Shown here: positions 29,339-39,796 of the stretch, one piece after another | Layout: the number at the start of each line of letters is the position of its first letter | How positions within the stretch are numbered: position 1 is the first letter of the stretch | Source: Nanobdellati archaeon | GTDB lineage: Archaea; EX4484-52; GLR71 | Assembly: GCA_019429005.1 (NCBI GenBank) | Contig: JAHYJR010000004.1 | Location: 1-64,000 of the forward strand | Direction: 5' to 3' | DNA length: 64,000 nucleotides | Notes under the pieces: model-generated | What the model was told of the DNA's origin: nothing | The model's database searches: none | Seen by the model: the letters and a program-made list of their open reading frames with translations, nothing else | Position numbers and translations under genes: made by a program

Positions 29339-29818
29339 TTAATCTAAGTAGTTACGAGATATTTTCAACTCGTCTAAAATTGTTTCTTCAAAATCCGTAA
29401 AATCTAATATCTGTTTAAGTAAATATCCCTCTTCTTCTAATTTATTACAATCAATTAGTTTAAATACGTGTCCTGGAATTGTTTGCGGTTCATGTATATC
29501 TTTTTGAATCGCATAATCAGTTTCACTAAGTTTATCATCTAAATATTTAGTTAAATTAGGTTTTTCTTCCAAATACCTAGCAAAATTTACAGTTCCAATT
29601 ATCTGCAAAGTTTTAATTTTGGAATCACATAGATTTAGATAATCATTACAAAATCTTTTAGGTGTAAAACTAAAAGGACAATCTGCTTCATGTATGATAT
29701 TAATTTTTATACCGTTATCAAACTCTATTTTTATTTCTCAATTTTCACGCTCAGCCCAATTATAAACTTTAGAATATTCTTTTTCAAGAATTTCTAATAA
29801 ATCATTTGTATTTGCTAT
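29339..29818 (-). pseudogene. Degraded paralog of 28800..29243 (ATA start, in-frame TGA at 29738-29740)
   Basis: IANTNDLLEILEKEYSKVYNWAEREN*EIKI.. vs MTSTFELLRLLEKNYSNIYDWSEDGLIIKL..; C-termini also align (KLEEEGYL/KLDEPGYL); upstream sequences shared. Confidence 0.8.
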
Positions 29819-29915
29819 AAATATAATTTTAAAAATTAACTTTAAATGATTTTGTTTACGGATTAAAAATAGCTTTAAACCCTCTCTCATAAAATAAACA
29901 GATTACATGATGTAA

Positions 29916-31709
29916 TCAAACAACCCGCTTAAACTTACGCTCTAACTCTGATACAGTCATTTCAATCAAGGTAGGTCTGCCGTGAGGACAGGTATATGGA
30001 TTATCTGCTTTAGAAAGGTCTTGAAGCATCTTATCAAGATATGGTAATGTTACCTCATCACCACCTTTAATTGCAGAGCGACAAGCAACACTTCTTGCAA
30101 TTCTTTCTTTTGATTCAAGTATTGATTTAATTTTCCCAGAGTCAATTAATTCTCCTAAGATATCATGCACAAGATTTGAGACGTCTTTTGAGTTTGAAAA
30201 AGCAGGTATTGCACGAACTGCAAATGCGTTTGTACCAAACTCTTCAATGTCAAAACCCAGTTTTTGAAAAACAGATAAACTAAATTTCAAGATCTCGGAT
30301 TCTTTAGCATTAAATTCGAGTATCTTAGTCTCTAATAAATTTTGAGATTTAGGTTTTTCCATATCAAGCTGTTTTATTACTTTTTCATATAAGATTCTTT
30401 CATGTGCAGCATGCTGATCTATTATATAGAAACCGCCGGAATATGATGCTAAGACATAGGTCTTATTTACAATTCCAAGAACTTTCATAATGGGAAAATT
30501 AGATAAGACCGCATTATCTTTTGTATCATCAGTAATATTTTCGTTGATTTTATTATTTAATTCAATAGACTTATCAATATTATTAACAGCAATATTTTTG
30601 GCTTCTACTTCAACCTTTGGTTCTTGTATATCAAGAACAGCTTGTGTTGATGATGATAATTCATATTTATTTTTAGCTACAGATTTGGTCGGACTGAAAC
30701 CAACTGAAGGTACAAGCACAGCATTTTTTAATGCCTGAGTAACTGAATCTTTAACAGCTTGAGATATTATATCTTCTCTTGTTTTTACAAACCTTATTTC
30801 CATCTTATTAGGATGCACATTAACATCAATAATTTTTGGATCTATCTCAATTGATATGACAAATATAGGATGCCTATGTTTTGGTAGAAGTGTCTTATAT
30901 GAACTGTAAATTGCATCTTGAATCATACGATCTTTTATGTATCTTTTGTTTATGAACAGTGATTGGTAATCTTTAGATGACCTTGTAATGGATGGAAGTG
31001 ATACATATCCAGATATTGATATCCCATCAATCTCGTTATCAATCTTTATCATATTAGATGAAATTTCTTTACCATAAACTGACATTATATTTGATAATAT
31101 ATCATCTGTCTTAGGTGATACAAGAATAACTCGACTATGATTTGATAGCCTAAAATCAATTTGATTATTCAAGAGAGAATAACGTGTGACAATGTCAATG
31201 ATTTTTCCAAGCTCAATTGATTCTGATTTCAAGAATTTCTTTCTGACTGGAACATTTGAGAAAAGCTCAGATACGGTTATTTTTGTACCTTTAGGTGCAC
31301 CGATTGGTTTTGATTCAATGAATTTAGAAAAATGAACAAGTAATCTAGTACCATCTATATCTCCAGGATTTGTAACCATTTCAGTCTTTGATACTGAAGC
31401 AATACTTGGAAGTGCTTCACCCCTAAAACCTAATGTATGAATTGAATAGAGATCATCCATATCTTTAATCTTACTTGTTGCATGCCTCTCAAATGAAGTT
31501 AAAGCGTCATCATAATACATACCGCAACCATCATCTGTAACAGATATTGCTTTTTTGCCACCATCTTCAAGTGCTATGCTTATGTTTTTTGCGCCGGAGT
31601 CTATTGCGTTCTCAATCAGTTCTTTTACGACAGATGAAGGTGATTCGATTACTTCTCCTGCAGCAATCTTTGATATTAAAGCATCATCTAGGCGTTTAAT
31701 TATAGGCAT
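29916..31709 (-). CDS. mutL: DNA mismatch repair endonuclease MutL
   Basis: KIAAGEVIE, GFRGEAL, DVNVHP.K, DQHAAHERILYE, ACR.AIK, CPHGRP. Confidence 0.98.
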   Translation of the reverse strand: MPIIKRLDDALISKIAAGEVIESPSSVVKELIENAIDSGAKNISIALEDGGKKAISVTDDGCGMYYDDALTSFERHATSKIKDMDDLYSIHTLGFRGEALPSIASVSKTEMVTNPGDIDGTRLLVHFSKFIESKPIGAPKGTKITVSELFSNVPVRKKFLKSESIELGKIIDIVTRYSLLNNQIDFRLSNHSRVILVSPKTDDILSNIMSVYGKEISSNMIKIDNEIDGISISGYVSLPSITRSSKDYQSLFINKRYIKDRMIQDAIYSSYKTLLPKHRHPIFVISIEIDPKIIDVNVHPNKMEIRFVKTREDIISQAVKDSVTQALKNAVLVPSVGFSPTKSVAKNKYELSSSTQAVLDIQEPKVEVEAKNIAVNNIDKSIELNNKINENITDDTKDNAVLSNFPIMKVLGIVNKTYVLASYSGGFYIIDQHAAHERILYEKVIKQLDMEKPKSQNLLETKILEFNAKESEILKFSLSVFQKLGFDIEEFGTNAFAVRAIPAFSNSKDVSNLVHDILGELIDSGKIKSILESKERIARSVACRSAIKGGDEVTLPYLDKMLQDLSKADNPYTCPHGRPTLIEMTVSELERKFKRVV

Positions 31710-31814
31710 AACTTGAAATTATAGATTAAGATTTAAGAATTTATGTATTTTTATTTTTTGTGAAAAAGGTAATACACTAATAATAATCAAATAAAAAAAG
31801 ATTATAAAATTCGT

Positions 31815-32039
31815 TTAAGGGTAATTTTCTTTTGAAAGTGCTAGAGTTTTATTTGCATCTTCTATATTTTCAGTTATTTTTGAAACCATTTTATCAATTG
31901 CTTACTGGCTATAACTTAAAAATACCATTTTTAGTTTACTAAGATCCTCATTAAACTCTTCAATATGATATGCATATTGTACTCCTTTTTTTATTACCAT
32001 TTCATCTTCTTTATTTGGTTCATATTTCCTAGTTTTCAT
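31815..32039 (-). pseudogene. Possible small hypothetical gene with in-frame TAA (31902-31904)
   Basis: MKTRKYEP...FLSYSQ*AIDKMVSKI...ENYP*; the frame stays open on both sides of the stop. Confidence 0.35.
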
Positions 32040-32063
32040 TAAATATTTTGAAAAAAGTGAATT

Positions 32064-32309
32064 TCAAGTAAGTTCAAATGTCTGTGAATATGATATATGC
32101 GGTATGCTTTCATTTTCGTTAGCATCATAGATTATTGTATATGAATTTTTACCAAGTAATTTTTGGATAATATCATCAGATTCAATAGCATCGTCTTCTG
32201 GAATAACGTAGACTGTCATTTTTTCAATACGTCGCCCATCTAGTTTTACAATTTGATCTGTAGCTTTACCTAGTTTTGAATCATCAGAACGTTTAATAAA
32301 TGTTACCAT
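32064..32309 (-). CDS. Hypothetical protein
   Basis: 81-aa ORF with TTTATAAA at -30..-23 of the ATG (leaderless geometry). Confidence 0.65.
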   Translation of the reverse strand: MVTFIKRSDDSKLGKATDQIVKLDGRRIEKMTVYVIPEDDAIESDDIIQKLLGKNSYTIIYDANENESIPHISYSQTFELT

Positions 32310-32330
32310 ACCGTAAGTATTTAATTATAT

Positions 32331-32398
32331 GTTTATAAATCAATTTGTTTATAAATCAATTTGTTTATAAATCAATTTGTTTATAAATCAATTTGTTT
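32331..32398 (-). repeat. Tandem repeat, 16-bp unit GTTTATAAATCAATTT x4 (minus strand AAATTGA-TTTATAAA-C, BRE/TATA-like)
   Basis: Four exact copies 32331-32394 plus a partial copy. Confidence 0.95.
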
Positions 32399-32452
32399 TG
32401 TAACAGAATTATATTGTTTTTCATAAAGGATTCAAAAAAGAAAATAAGGACT

Positions 32453-34993
32453 TCAACTAAACAAGGTCTTCTGTCTTGAGATCTTTTTCTTTGAGATGAT
32501 TTTGAAACCTATGTCTTTTACTTTTTCTTTTGAAGGAATAGATTCATTTCCAGTACCTTCACCTAAAAAGGTGTTTGACTCTAACATATCCTGGACTTCT
32601 AAAGCACGGTTAGTCACTTCTTCTGGAAGACCTGCAAGCTTTGCAACCTGAATACCATAACTCTTATCAGCTGAGCCTTTGACAACTTTTCTTAAGAATA
32701 TGATTTCTTCTGCAATCTCTTTTACAGATATGTGGTAATTTGCAGACTGCGGATAAAACTCTGATATCCGAGACATGACATGATAATGTGTTGCAAAGAT
32801 TGTTTTTGCCTTGATATTGTTCAACACATATTCTGCAACAGACCATGCAATACTCAAACCATCAAACGTACTTGTACCTCGACCAATTTCATCAAAGATA
32901 ATTAAACTTTTTGATGTCGCATTGTTCAATATGTTTGCAGTCTCATTCATCTCAATCATAAATGTACTTTGACCTGATGCAAGATCGTCATGTGCACCAA
33001 CTCGTGTAAAGATCCTATCAACCACACTGATTTTTGCAGATTTTGCAGGGACAAAACAACCAACTTGTGACATAAGAACAATCAATGCAACTTGACGCAT
33101 ATATGTTGATTTTCCGGCCATGTTAGGTCCTGTAAGCACGACAAAACATTCATTGTCATTATCAAGAATTGTATTATTTGGTATGAAAGATAAAGATGAT
33201 TGCATCAATTCAACAACAGGATGTCTTCCATCTATAATCTCAATTGCCTCAGTTTCATTGAGAGTTGGCCTGACATAATTATTTAGAACAGATATTTTTG
33301 AGAAAGATGATATCACATCAAGGCGAGATATTTTTTGTGAAATGTCTTGAATCTGTACAGTAAAATCTGAAACCTTACCGATAACCTCTTGAAAAAGATT
33401 ATATTCAATACCATTAATTTTTTCTTCTGCTCCAAGTATTTTTGATTCTAGTTCTTTAAGCTCTTCTGTTATGAATCTTTCAGCATTTACAAGCGTTTGT
33501 TTTCGGATATAATGATTCGGCACATCATCAGAATTCTTGTTTGTGATTTCAATATAATAACCAAAGACTTTATTGAAACGAATTTTCAAATATTTAATAC
33601 CTGTCTGTTCTCGCTCTTTATCCTCAATTAAGGATATGTATTTTTTACCGTTGCTTGAAATTTCTCGTAGTTCATCAAGCTCTTTATTATAACCTACTTT
33701 TATTATACCACCATCCCTTATAAGAATTGGTGGGTTTTCAGATATGGCATCATCAATTAGAGTTACAAGATCACTAAGACTATCCATTGATGAAATGTCT
33801 GAAATAAAGGATGAAGATTCTTTAAATGGTACTAATAATCTTTTTAATTTTGGAACAAGTAAAAGTGATGTTTTCAAAGAAACAATATCTCTTGGATTTG
33901 CGTTACCATATGAAACTCGTGATATGATACGCTCAATATCATGACAATCAGATAAGGTTATCCGTAAATCTTCAAGAACAATCATATTTTTAAAAAATAC
34001 TTCTACTGCAGAAAGTCTTGTATTTATTGAATCTGAATTTATAAGTGGTCTGACTATCCAGTTTCTAAGTAATCTTGCACCCATTGAGGTTACCGTCATA
34101 TCAAGACATTCAAGAAGCGTGCCTTTTGAGGTATTGTCAGATATGTTTGTGATTAATTCAAGATTTTTTTGCGTGCTTCGGTCAAGCATCATAAATTCAT
34201 CTGTTGAATAAACCTGTATCTTATTGATATGATTAAGACCGCGTTTTTGTGTGTCTTCAAGATAACCTACAAGAGCACCACAGGCCATGACTGATAAAGG
34301 AAGGTCGCTCAACCCAAAACCGTCAAGAGAATTGATATTAAAATGAGATATGAGTTTATCTTTTGCGATATCATAAATAAAATATTCATCTGGATAATCA
34401 TTAATAAAAAAATCAACATGACCTTTAAAAGATAATTTAAAACCATCTTTTGATATTGACCTTGGAACGATACATTCTTTAGGTGAAAATTTAGAGATTT
34501 CTGAAAGAAGCTTATCTTTACCTTTGACATGTGACGTCATAAATTGCCCTGTTGATATATCTGCTATCGCAATACCGTATTGATCATCTTTTGTTGATAT
34601 TGCTGCAATATAATTGTTCACTTTGTTATCGAGCATGTTATCATCAATTAATGTTCCGGGTGTTATCGTACGTACAACATCACGCTTTACTAGACCTTTC
34701 GCTTTTTTAGGATCTTCAAGCTGATCACAGATTGTTACATTATATCCTTTTCTGACAAGTCTTGAAATGTAAGTATCTATCGCATGATATGGAATTCCGG
34801 CAAGAGGTACTTCTCTATGTTTCCCACCACGAGATGTCAGTGTTATGTCAAGAAGTCTTGATGCGATTTTTGCATCATCAAAAAACATCTCATAAAAGTC
34901 GCCCATACGCGTCATAAGGATTGAATCTGGATATTTCTTTTTTATTGAAAGAATCTGCTTCATCATAGGCGTAAGTTCAGACGGATTTATCAT
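32453..34993 (-). CDS. mutS: DNA mismatch repair protein MutS (MutS1)
   Basis: TPMMKQ, GDFYEMF, TGPNMAGKST, DEIGRGT, ATHYH, SYGIQVA; C-terminal QKTLF. Confidence 0.98.
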   Translation of the reverse strand: MINPSELTPMMKQILSIKKKYPDSILMTRMGDFYEMFFDDAKIASRLLDITLTSRGGKHREVPLAGIPYHAIDTYISRLVRKGYNVTICDQLEDPKKAKGLVKRDVVRTITPGTLIDDNMLDNKVNNYIAAISTKDDQYGIAIADISTGQFMTSHVKGKDKLLSEISKFSPKECIVPRSISKDGFKLSFKGHVDFFINDYPDEYFIYDIAKDKLISHFNINSLDGFGLSDLPLSVMACGALVGYLEDTQKRGLNHINKIQVYSTDEFMMLDRSTQKNLELITNISDNTSKGTLLECLDMTVTSMGARLLRNWIVRPLINSDSINTRLSAVEVFFKNMIVLEDLRITLSDCHDIERIISRVSYGNANPRDIVSLKTSLLLVPKLKRLLVPFKESSSFISDISSMDSLSDLVTLIDDAISENPPILIRDGGIIKVGYNKELDELREISSNGKKYISLIEDKEREQTGIKYLKIRFNKVFGYYIEITNKNSDDVPNHYIRKQTLVNAERFITEELKELESKILGAEEKINGIEYNLFQEVIGKVSDFTVQIQDISQKISRLDVISSFSKISVLNNYVRPTLNETEAIEIIDGRHPVVELMQSSLSFIPNNTILDNDNECFVVLTGPNMAGKSTYMRQVALIVLMSQVGCFVPAKSAKISVVDRIFTRVGAHDDLASGQSTFMIEMNETANILNNATSKSLIIFDEIGRGTSTFDGLSIAWSVAEYVLNNIKAKTIFATHYHVMSRISEFYPQSANYHISVKEIAEEIIFLRKVVKGSADKSYGIQVAKLAGLPEEVTNRALEVQDMLESNTFLGEGTGNESIPSKEKVKDIGFKIISKKKISRQKTLFS

Positions 34994-35053
34994 GTTAAAG
35001 AATTAATGATTAAAATATTAAAGGTTTATTGTTGGAGGAATACTTAGAATTAT

Positions 35054-35509
35054 TTACTTATGATATTTCTCATTATTTAAAATCGTAAAACCTCGATATA
35101 TCTGTTCTAGAATCAATACCCTTGCAAGTTGGTGTGTAAAAGTCATAGATGATATTGATATCAATTTATCTGCTTTTTTCTTAACGTCATCACTAAAACC
35201 GTCAGAACCACCAATAAGGAAAGTCAAGTCATCATCAGAATCTAACAGCTTTGAAAGACCAACTGAATCAATTTTATCTCCTGAAACATCAAATGCATAT
35301 ATTTTAGATTGCGTTTTTGAGTCCAGTTTTTTTAGAATTTCTTGACCTTCTTTTTTAACTGTTTCAGATGGATTCTTATCATTATGTTCTTTCAATTCAA
35401 TAAGATTAAAAGTACTGTATCGTTCGATTCGTGATATATATTCACTTTCAGAAGACTTAAACATCTCTTGATTTTTTCCTATTGCTATGATTTGTATTGA
35501 TTTTCTCAT
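35054..35509 (-). CDS. rlmH: 23S rRNA (pseudouridine1915-N3)-methyltransferase
   Basis: IIAIGK, FLIGGSDG, S.MTFTHQLARVLILEQIYRG.TI....YHK. Confidence 0.93.
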   Translation of the reverse strand: MRKSIQIIAIGKNQEMFKSSESEYISRIERYSTFNLIELKEHNDKNPSETVKKEGQEILKKLDSKTQSKIYAFDVSGDKIDSVGLSKLLDSDDDLTFLIGGSDGFSDDVKKKADKLISISSMTFTHQLARVLILEQIYRGFTILNNEKYHK

Positions 35510-35637
35510 AATGACTCAAGAAACATTTAGAAATTGTTGCTTATATAACTTTTATAAAAAAAACTTAGATTAAACCAAAAGTAATCTCAAAACTCTAGTC
35601 CAAATACTATTATATATAACTTAAACAAAGTAGTTAT

Positions 35638-36063
35638 ATGCATAAATTGAAGAAAAAATTAAAGGGACAATCTGGAATGGAGTTCATAATGCTTCTTGTT
35701 TTTGCAATAGGATTATTTCTAGTTTTTTATTATAATATATCACATACAAACAAAATTGCATATGAAAATAAAATTAACATAATCGCAAGACAAATCTCAG
35801 ATAAGGCAGCATATGAAATCAATATTGCCGCCGCTCAAGGTGATGGTTATTATAAAGAATTTTACCTTAAAAATACGATTTATGACAAGACATACAATAT
35901 TTCGATTATTAATAATTATATATTTGTTACATGGGAACCAATACCTTTGAACCCTACAAGTATGACTTCAAGAATAATTACTACTAATATAATAGGTAAT
36001 CTAAGTGCAAATTGGAATTATGTTGAAAATTCAAAAGGCATAATAACAGTCGGGGCGATATGA
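35638..36063 (+). CDS. Type IV pilin-like protein (class III signal peptide)
   Basis: KKKLKGQ|SGMEF followed by a hydrophobic helix. Confidence 0.85.
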   Translation: MHKLKKKLKGQSGMEFIMLLVFAIGLFLVFYYNISHTNKIAYENKINIIARQISDKAAYEINIAAAQGDGYYKEFYLKNTIYDKTYNISIINNYIFVTWEPIPLNPTSMTSRIITTNIIGNLSANWNYVENSKGIITVGAI

Positions 36064-36575
36064 TGAACAAAAGGACTTATACAAAAAAGAAAGGACAATT
36101 ATTTACTCAAGATTTCATTTTAAGCCTCTTAATTTTCCTTATGATTGTTTCGCTTAGTATAAGCATATGGGACAATATCACAGAAAAAACAAGAAATATA
36201 GATACAGTAACATATATGCAACAAAAAGCATTCTATATTACGGACATACTGATTAAAACAAAAGGATATCCTGAAAATTGGAATAGCACAACAGTTGAAC
36301 TTATCGGATTGTCCACAGGTAAAAATCATATGATTGGTATTGAAAAAATTAATATGCTTGACAATATAAGCTATGATGATATAATTGAAATGTGGGATAT
36401 CAATAGTTTTGGTTTTAACATGACATTTTGGAATTCAACTGAAATCATAACATCGTATGGAAAAATCACACCATACAATGCAACAATTGTATTGCCATTT
36501 ACAAGGATTATTAATATAGCTTATGAAAATTATACTGATAAAGGTCTATTCAAATTTATATTTTGGAAAAATTGA
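36060..36575 (+). CDS. Pilin-like protein (class III signal peptide)
   Basis: KKKGQ|LFTQDF followed by a hydrophobic helix; GYPENW motif. Confidence 0.82.
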   Translation: MMNKRTYTKKKGQLFTQDFILSLLIFLMIVSLSISIWDNITEKTRNIDTVTYMQQKAFYITDILIKTKGYPENWNSTTVELIGLSTGKNHMIGIEKINMLDNISYDDIIEMWDINSFGFNMTFWNSTEIITSYGKITPYNATIVLPFTRIINIAYENYTDKGLFKFIFWKN

Positions 36576-36578
36576 TAG

Positions 36579-38513
36579 GTGTTTAAAATGATTCAAATAA
36601 AGTCAAAAAGAAGATATAAAGGATATATATTTTCTACAGATGCACTTATTGCATTAACTTTAATCATCGGACTATACATTGTATCAATGCAGATTACAGA
36701 TACAAACATATTTACTGAAACAAATTATGAACAATTACATCTAAATGCAGAAGATTTGATTGCATCCCTTTCAAACATGAAATTCAAAGATATACAAAAT
36801 ATTACAATTAAAGAGACTATATTAAATAACACAAATATAACTATAAACGATAACGATAAAAGTATTATTGAAATTGTTGGGAAATTATGGTCTTATAATG
36901 AGCAACCTTATGCTAAATACTTGCTAGATTATTTCATATATGATGTTATTGATAATGATAAAGGATATTCAGTAACAATATCAGGCACTTTTGGTAATCT
37001 AACAATAATTACAGAATCCGATGATCCACAAAACTTGAAAAATACAAGTAAAATGATTGCATCATCATATAGAATCGTCTCAGGCTATGAAGAAAATATG
37101 CCATCTGAAAGTTATGTTGCATCTGCTTGGGCTAAAGAGATGAATGTTAATATTACAGAAGTCATATCATTTCCAATAGCAGGAGCTGCATGGAATTCTG
37201 AGAATATAACAATTATAAAAACAATTGTACTTCCGGAAAATACAATAATCTATGAAAGTGATTTTAGAATTTCTATACACTATTATCCGGACATAGCGGG
37301 TCTATGGGTAAATGATGATTTTTTTAATGAAAGTGATATCACTTGGAACTATCTTATATATAGTGCAGGTGATGGATATGGTGCTTATGGTTACTTAAAT
37401 AACAGCCGATTTTTAAACGCATTTAAAAATGGAACAAATCAAATAAAAATTACTTACAGTAATTCAGAAGATAGTGCACACACACATCCAGGAATGCTTA
37501 TAAAACTAAAATATAAATCTGAAAATGCTTATACACCAATTAAAAAGAAGATACATTTTGATTATGTAAAAGGGAATAAAGCCGTTTTTCAAATATTAGA
37601 ATTCCATATACCAAAAGGGTCAAATATAACAAATGCAAGTGCATATATCAAAGCTTTTGATATTGATAAAAAAGCTTATGTTTGGATTAATGGACAACAA
37701 ATAATATCTCAAAATGGCCCTTCAAACCCTGTTGAGTATAATATATCTGAAAATGATATTTTGCCAAATCTTAATGCGATATATACAGATGGAACATATA
37801 TTAGCACAGGAGAAACAAATACAATTTCAATATATTTTGATATTAATCCTCTTGGAGATAGCCCTGTTGTAGGTGGTGTAGGAAATGCTGAGATTTCAAA
37901 TGATTCTTATATTGAATTAAATTATACACTTCCAAAAGGTACATTAAAATATGGTATGCTTGAAGTCACAAAAATTGAACCTTTTGGGGGAGTGGCTGAA
38001 CTAACAAAAAAAACAAATTATACTATACACAATTATGAAATTACAAAGGTATTTATTCACCCAGTCCAATATTACAGTTGGATGATTGCAGTAGTTGCAT
38101 GGAAAGAAGGTGAAAATGAACCAGTATGGCTTGGAAATAAATGGGATTCATATGAAATTTATCTTTCAACAGCTGGGAGAGAAGTTCCTTCAACTATATA
38201 CGTACCTCTTGATAGGGTTCAAAAAGGTAATAAAAATTATGTTAAATTAAGAGATGGTTTTGGTGGTGGAAGTGCTGAAAATTTACTTTTGCCAGAATCT
38301 AGTATAGAATATAGTATAATGCTTCCAGCACAAGTTGGTTATGGTGCTAATTTCCCAACGGAATTAGAGGCAAAAACAGATGCAAGTCAACGACTGATGG
38401 ATCTTTTAAGCGGTTATGCCGAAGCAACATCAATTGAAAATAATATGATTAGTATGTCACAGGTACCTTTTATGTGGGGTCCTGCAATAATAAATATAGA
38501 AATATGGGAATAG
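36579..38513 (+). CDS. Large pilin-like/adhesin protein (class III-like signal peptide)
   Basis: RRYKG|YIFSTDALIAL followed by a beta-rich extracellular region with many NxS/T sequons. Confidence 0.78.
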   Translation: MFKMIQIKSKRRYKGYIFSTDALIALTLIIGLYIVSMQITDTNIFTETNYEQLHLNAEDLIASLSNMKFKDIQNITIKETILNNTNITINDNDKSIIEIVGKLWSYNEQPYAKYLLDYFIYDVIDNDKGYSVTISGTFGNLTIITESDDPQNLKNTSKMIASSYRIVSGYEENMPSESYVASAWAKEMNVNITEVISFPIAGAAWNSENITIIKTIVLPENTIIYESDFRISIHYYPDIAGLWVNDDFFNESDITWNYLIYSAGDGYGAYGYLNNSRFLNAFKNGTNQIKITYSNSEDSAHTHPGMLIKLKYKSENAYTPIKKKIHFDYVKGNKAVFQILEFHIPKGSNITNASAYIKAFDIDKKAYVWINGQQIISQNGPSNPVEYNISENDILPNLNAIYTDGTYISTGETNTISIYFDINPLGDSPVVGGVGNAEISNDSYIELNYTLPKGTLKYGMLEVTKIEPFGGVAELTKKTNYTIHNYEITKVFIHPVQYYSWMIAVVAWKEGENEPVWLGNKWDSYEIYLSTAGREVPSTIYVPLDRVQKGNKNYVKLRDGFGGGSAENLLLPESSIEYSIMLPAQVGYGANFPTELEAKTDASQRLMDLLSGYAEATSIENNMISMSQVPFMWGPAIINIEIWE

Positions 38514-39785
38514 GTGCAAGATATGTTTTCAAGAAAAAAAGGTATGGTTTATACAATGTTTGTAGTTATTGTTATGACCACCATCATTGCATTTATCAAT
38601 TTCAATATTACAACCCGAAACACAACTGTAGATGAATCATTAGATAGGATGACAGTAGACAATATGTATTATTTTATTGAAGGAACTATTGAAGACTTTG
38701 AAAGAAGTTCTTATATATCTGCAAAACGAGGTGTTATATCATTAATTGATATAATTGCAGCAGAAGGAAATTATTCTAATGATTCAAAGACCAATATTGA
38801 ATCGTTTATCAGTAATGGTTTCTATAATGGTAGCGTTCTTTACCTTATGGAAAATTCAACATTATCATCGTGTAACCAAACAATAATATCTATTGGAAAT
38901 AAAAAAAATTTTGAAAGTATTATTAATTTTACAAATGTAGATATCAATTCTTATTCATATGATAAACTTCAATTCAATGTTTCTTTAGATATAACTGTGT
39001 TTGGAAATAATGGTAAAATACGTCTTAAAAGAACAAAAAATGTATCAACATTTATAAATTTTCAAAAACTTGAAGATCCTTTTGTAACAATCAATAGTTA
39101 TGGTTATCTGAGAAAACTTATAGTTTCATGTAATACAACAAAATATCCATACCATGCAAAAAACATATTGAATGGTACAAACTATAATGGAACATGGACA
39201 AGCGGTACGGCATACATCTCAGATGGAACAAATCTAAATCTTATCACTGACAGAAGTAATAAAATACTTATTTTAAGCGATATACCTGAACCGACACCAC
39301 CTGAAATATCTGATTTTTCTGGAATAATTAGTGAGAATGCAACTGACAATAATATAACAGGAACATATGTATATGGTGCTTATGATGCACTAACAAATAT
39401 TACTAATAATTCGCTTGTTGTCATTAATAACAGCGAAATCTGGATAAACAATATTCTTGATGAGCTTATAGAAGGATGCTATTTTAAAGATATATATGGT
39501 CCGACATTTCTTGATAGGCTTGAAGGTAATTTCAACACAAGTCAAAAATATAATTCAACTTTAGTTAGTGGTATTGGTAGTTTTATAGATGTAAGCACAC
39601 TTCCAGCTGAGTTACAAGAAATTCGTTCTGATATTGATTTCATATATTTTGATGAAACACAAACAGATACTACTTATAGTATAATGGGTGTGACTGACAA
39701 ATGTACTGGATATTCTAAAAGAAGTTGGTTTAGGCTTGATCAGAAACATGTGGATCTATGGGGTCTTGAGAGTATTGTTTATTAG
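38514..39785 (+). CDS. Pilin-cluster protein (class III-like signal peptide)
   Basis: RKKG|MVYT followed by a hydrophobic helix; LEDP and GPTFLDRLEG motifs; many sequons. Confidence 0.78.
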   Translation: MQDMFSRKKGMVYTMFVVIVMTTIIAFINFNITTRNTTVDESLDRMTVDNMYYFIEGTIEDFERSSYISAKRGVISLIDIIAAEGNYSNDSKTNIESFISNGFYNGSVLYLMENSTLSSCNQTIISIGNKKNFESIINFTNVDINSYSYDKLQFNVSLDITVFGNNGKIRLKRTKNVSTFINFQKLEDPFVTINSYGYLRKLIVSCNTTKYPYHAKNILNGTNYNGTWTSGTAYISDGTNLNLITDRSNKILILSDIPEPTPPEISDFSGIISENATDNNITGTYVYGAYDALTNITNNSLVVINNSEIWINNILDELIEGCYFKDIYGPTFLDRLEGNFNTSQKYNSTLVSGIGSFIDVSTLPAELQEIRSDIDFIYFDETQTDTTYSIMGVTDKCTGYSKRSWFRLDQKHVDLWGLESIVY

Positions 39786-39796
39786 ACTCAGAATTC

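Noticed and set aside
29738-29740. Selenocysteine TGA
   Set aside because: Aligns to a non-Cys position in the paralog and the gene also lacks its ATG
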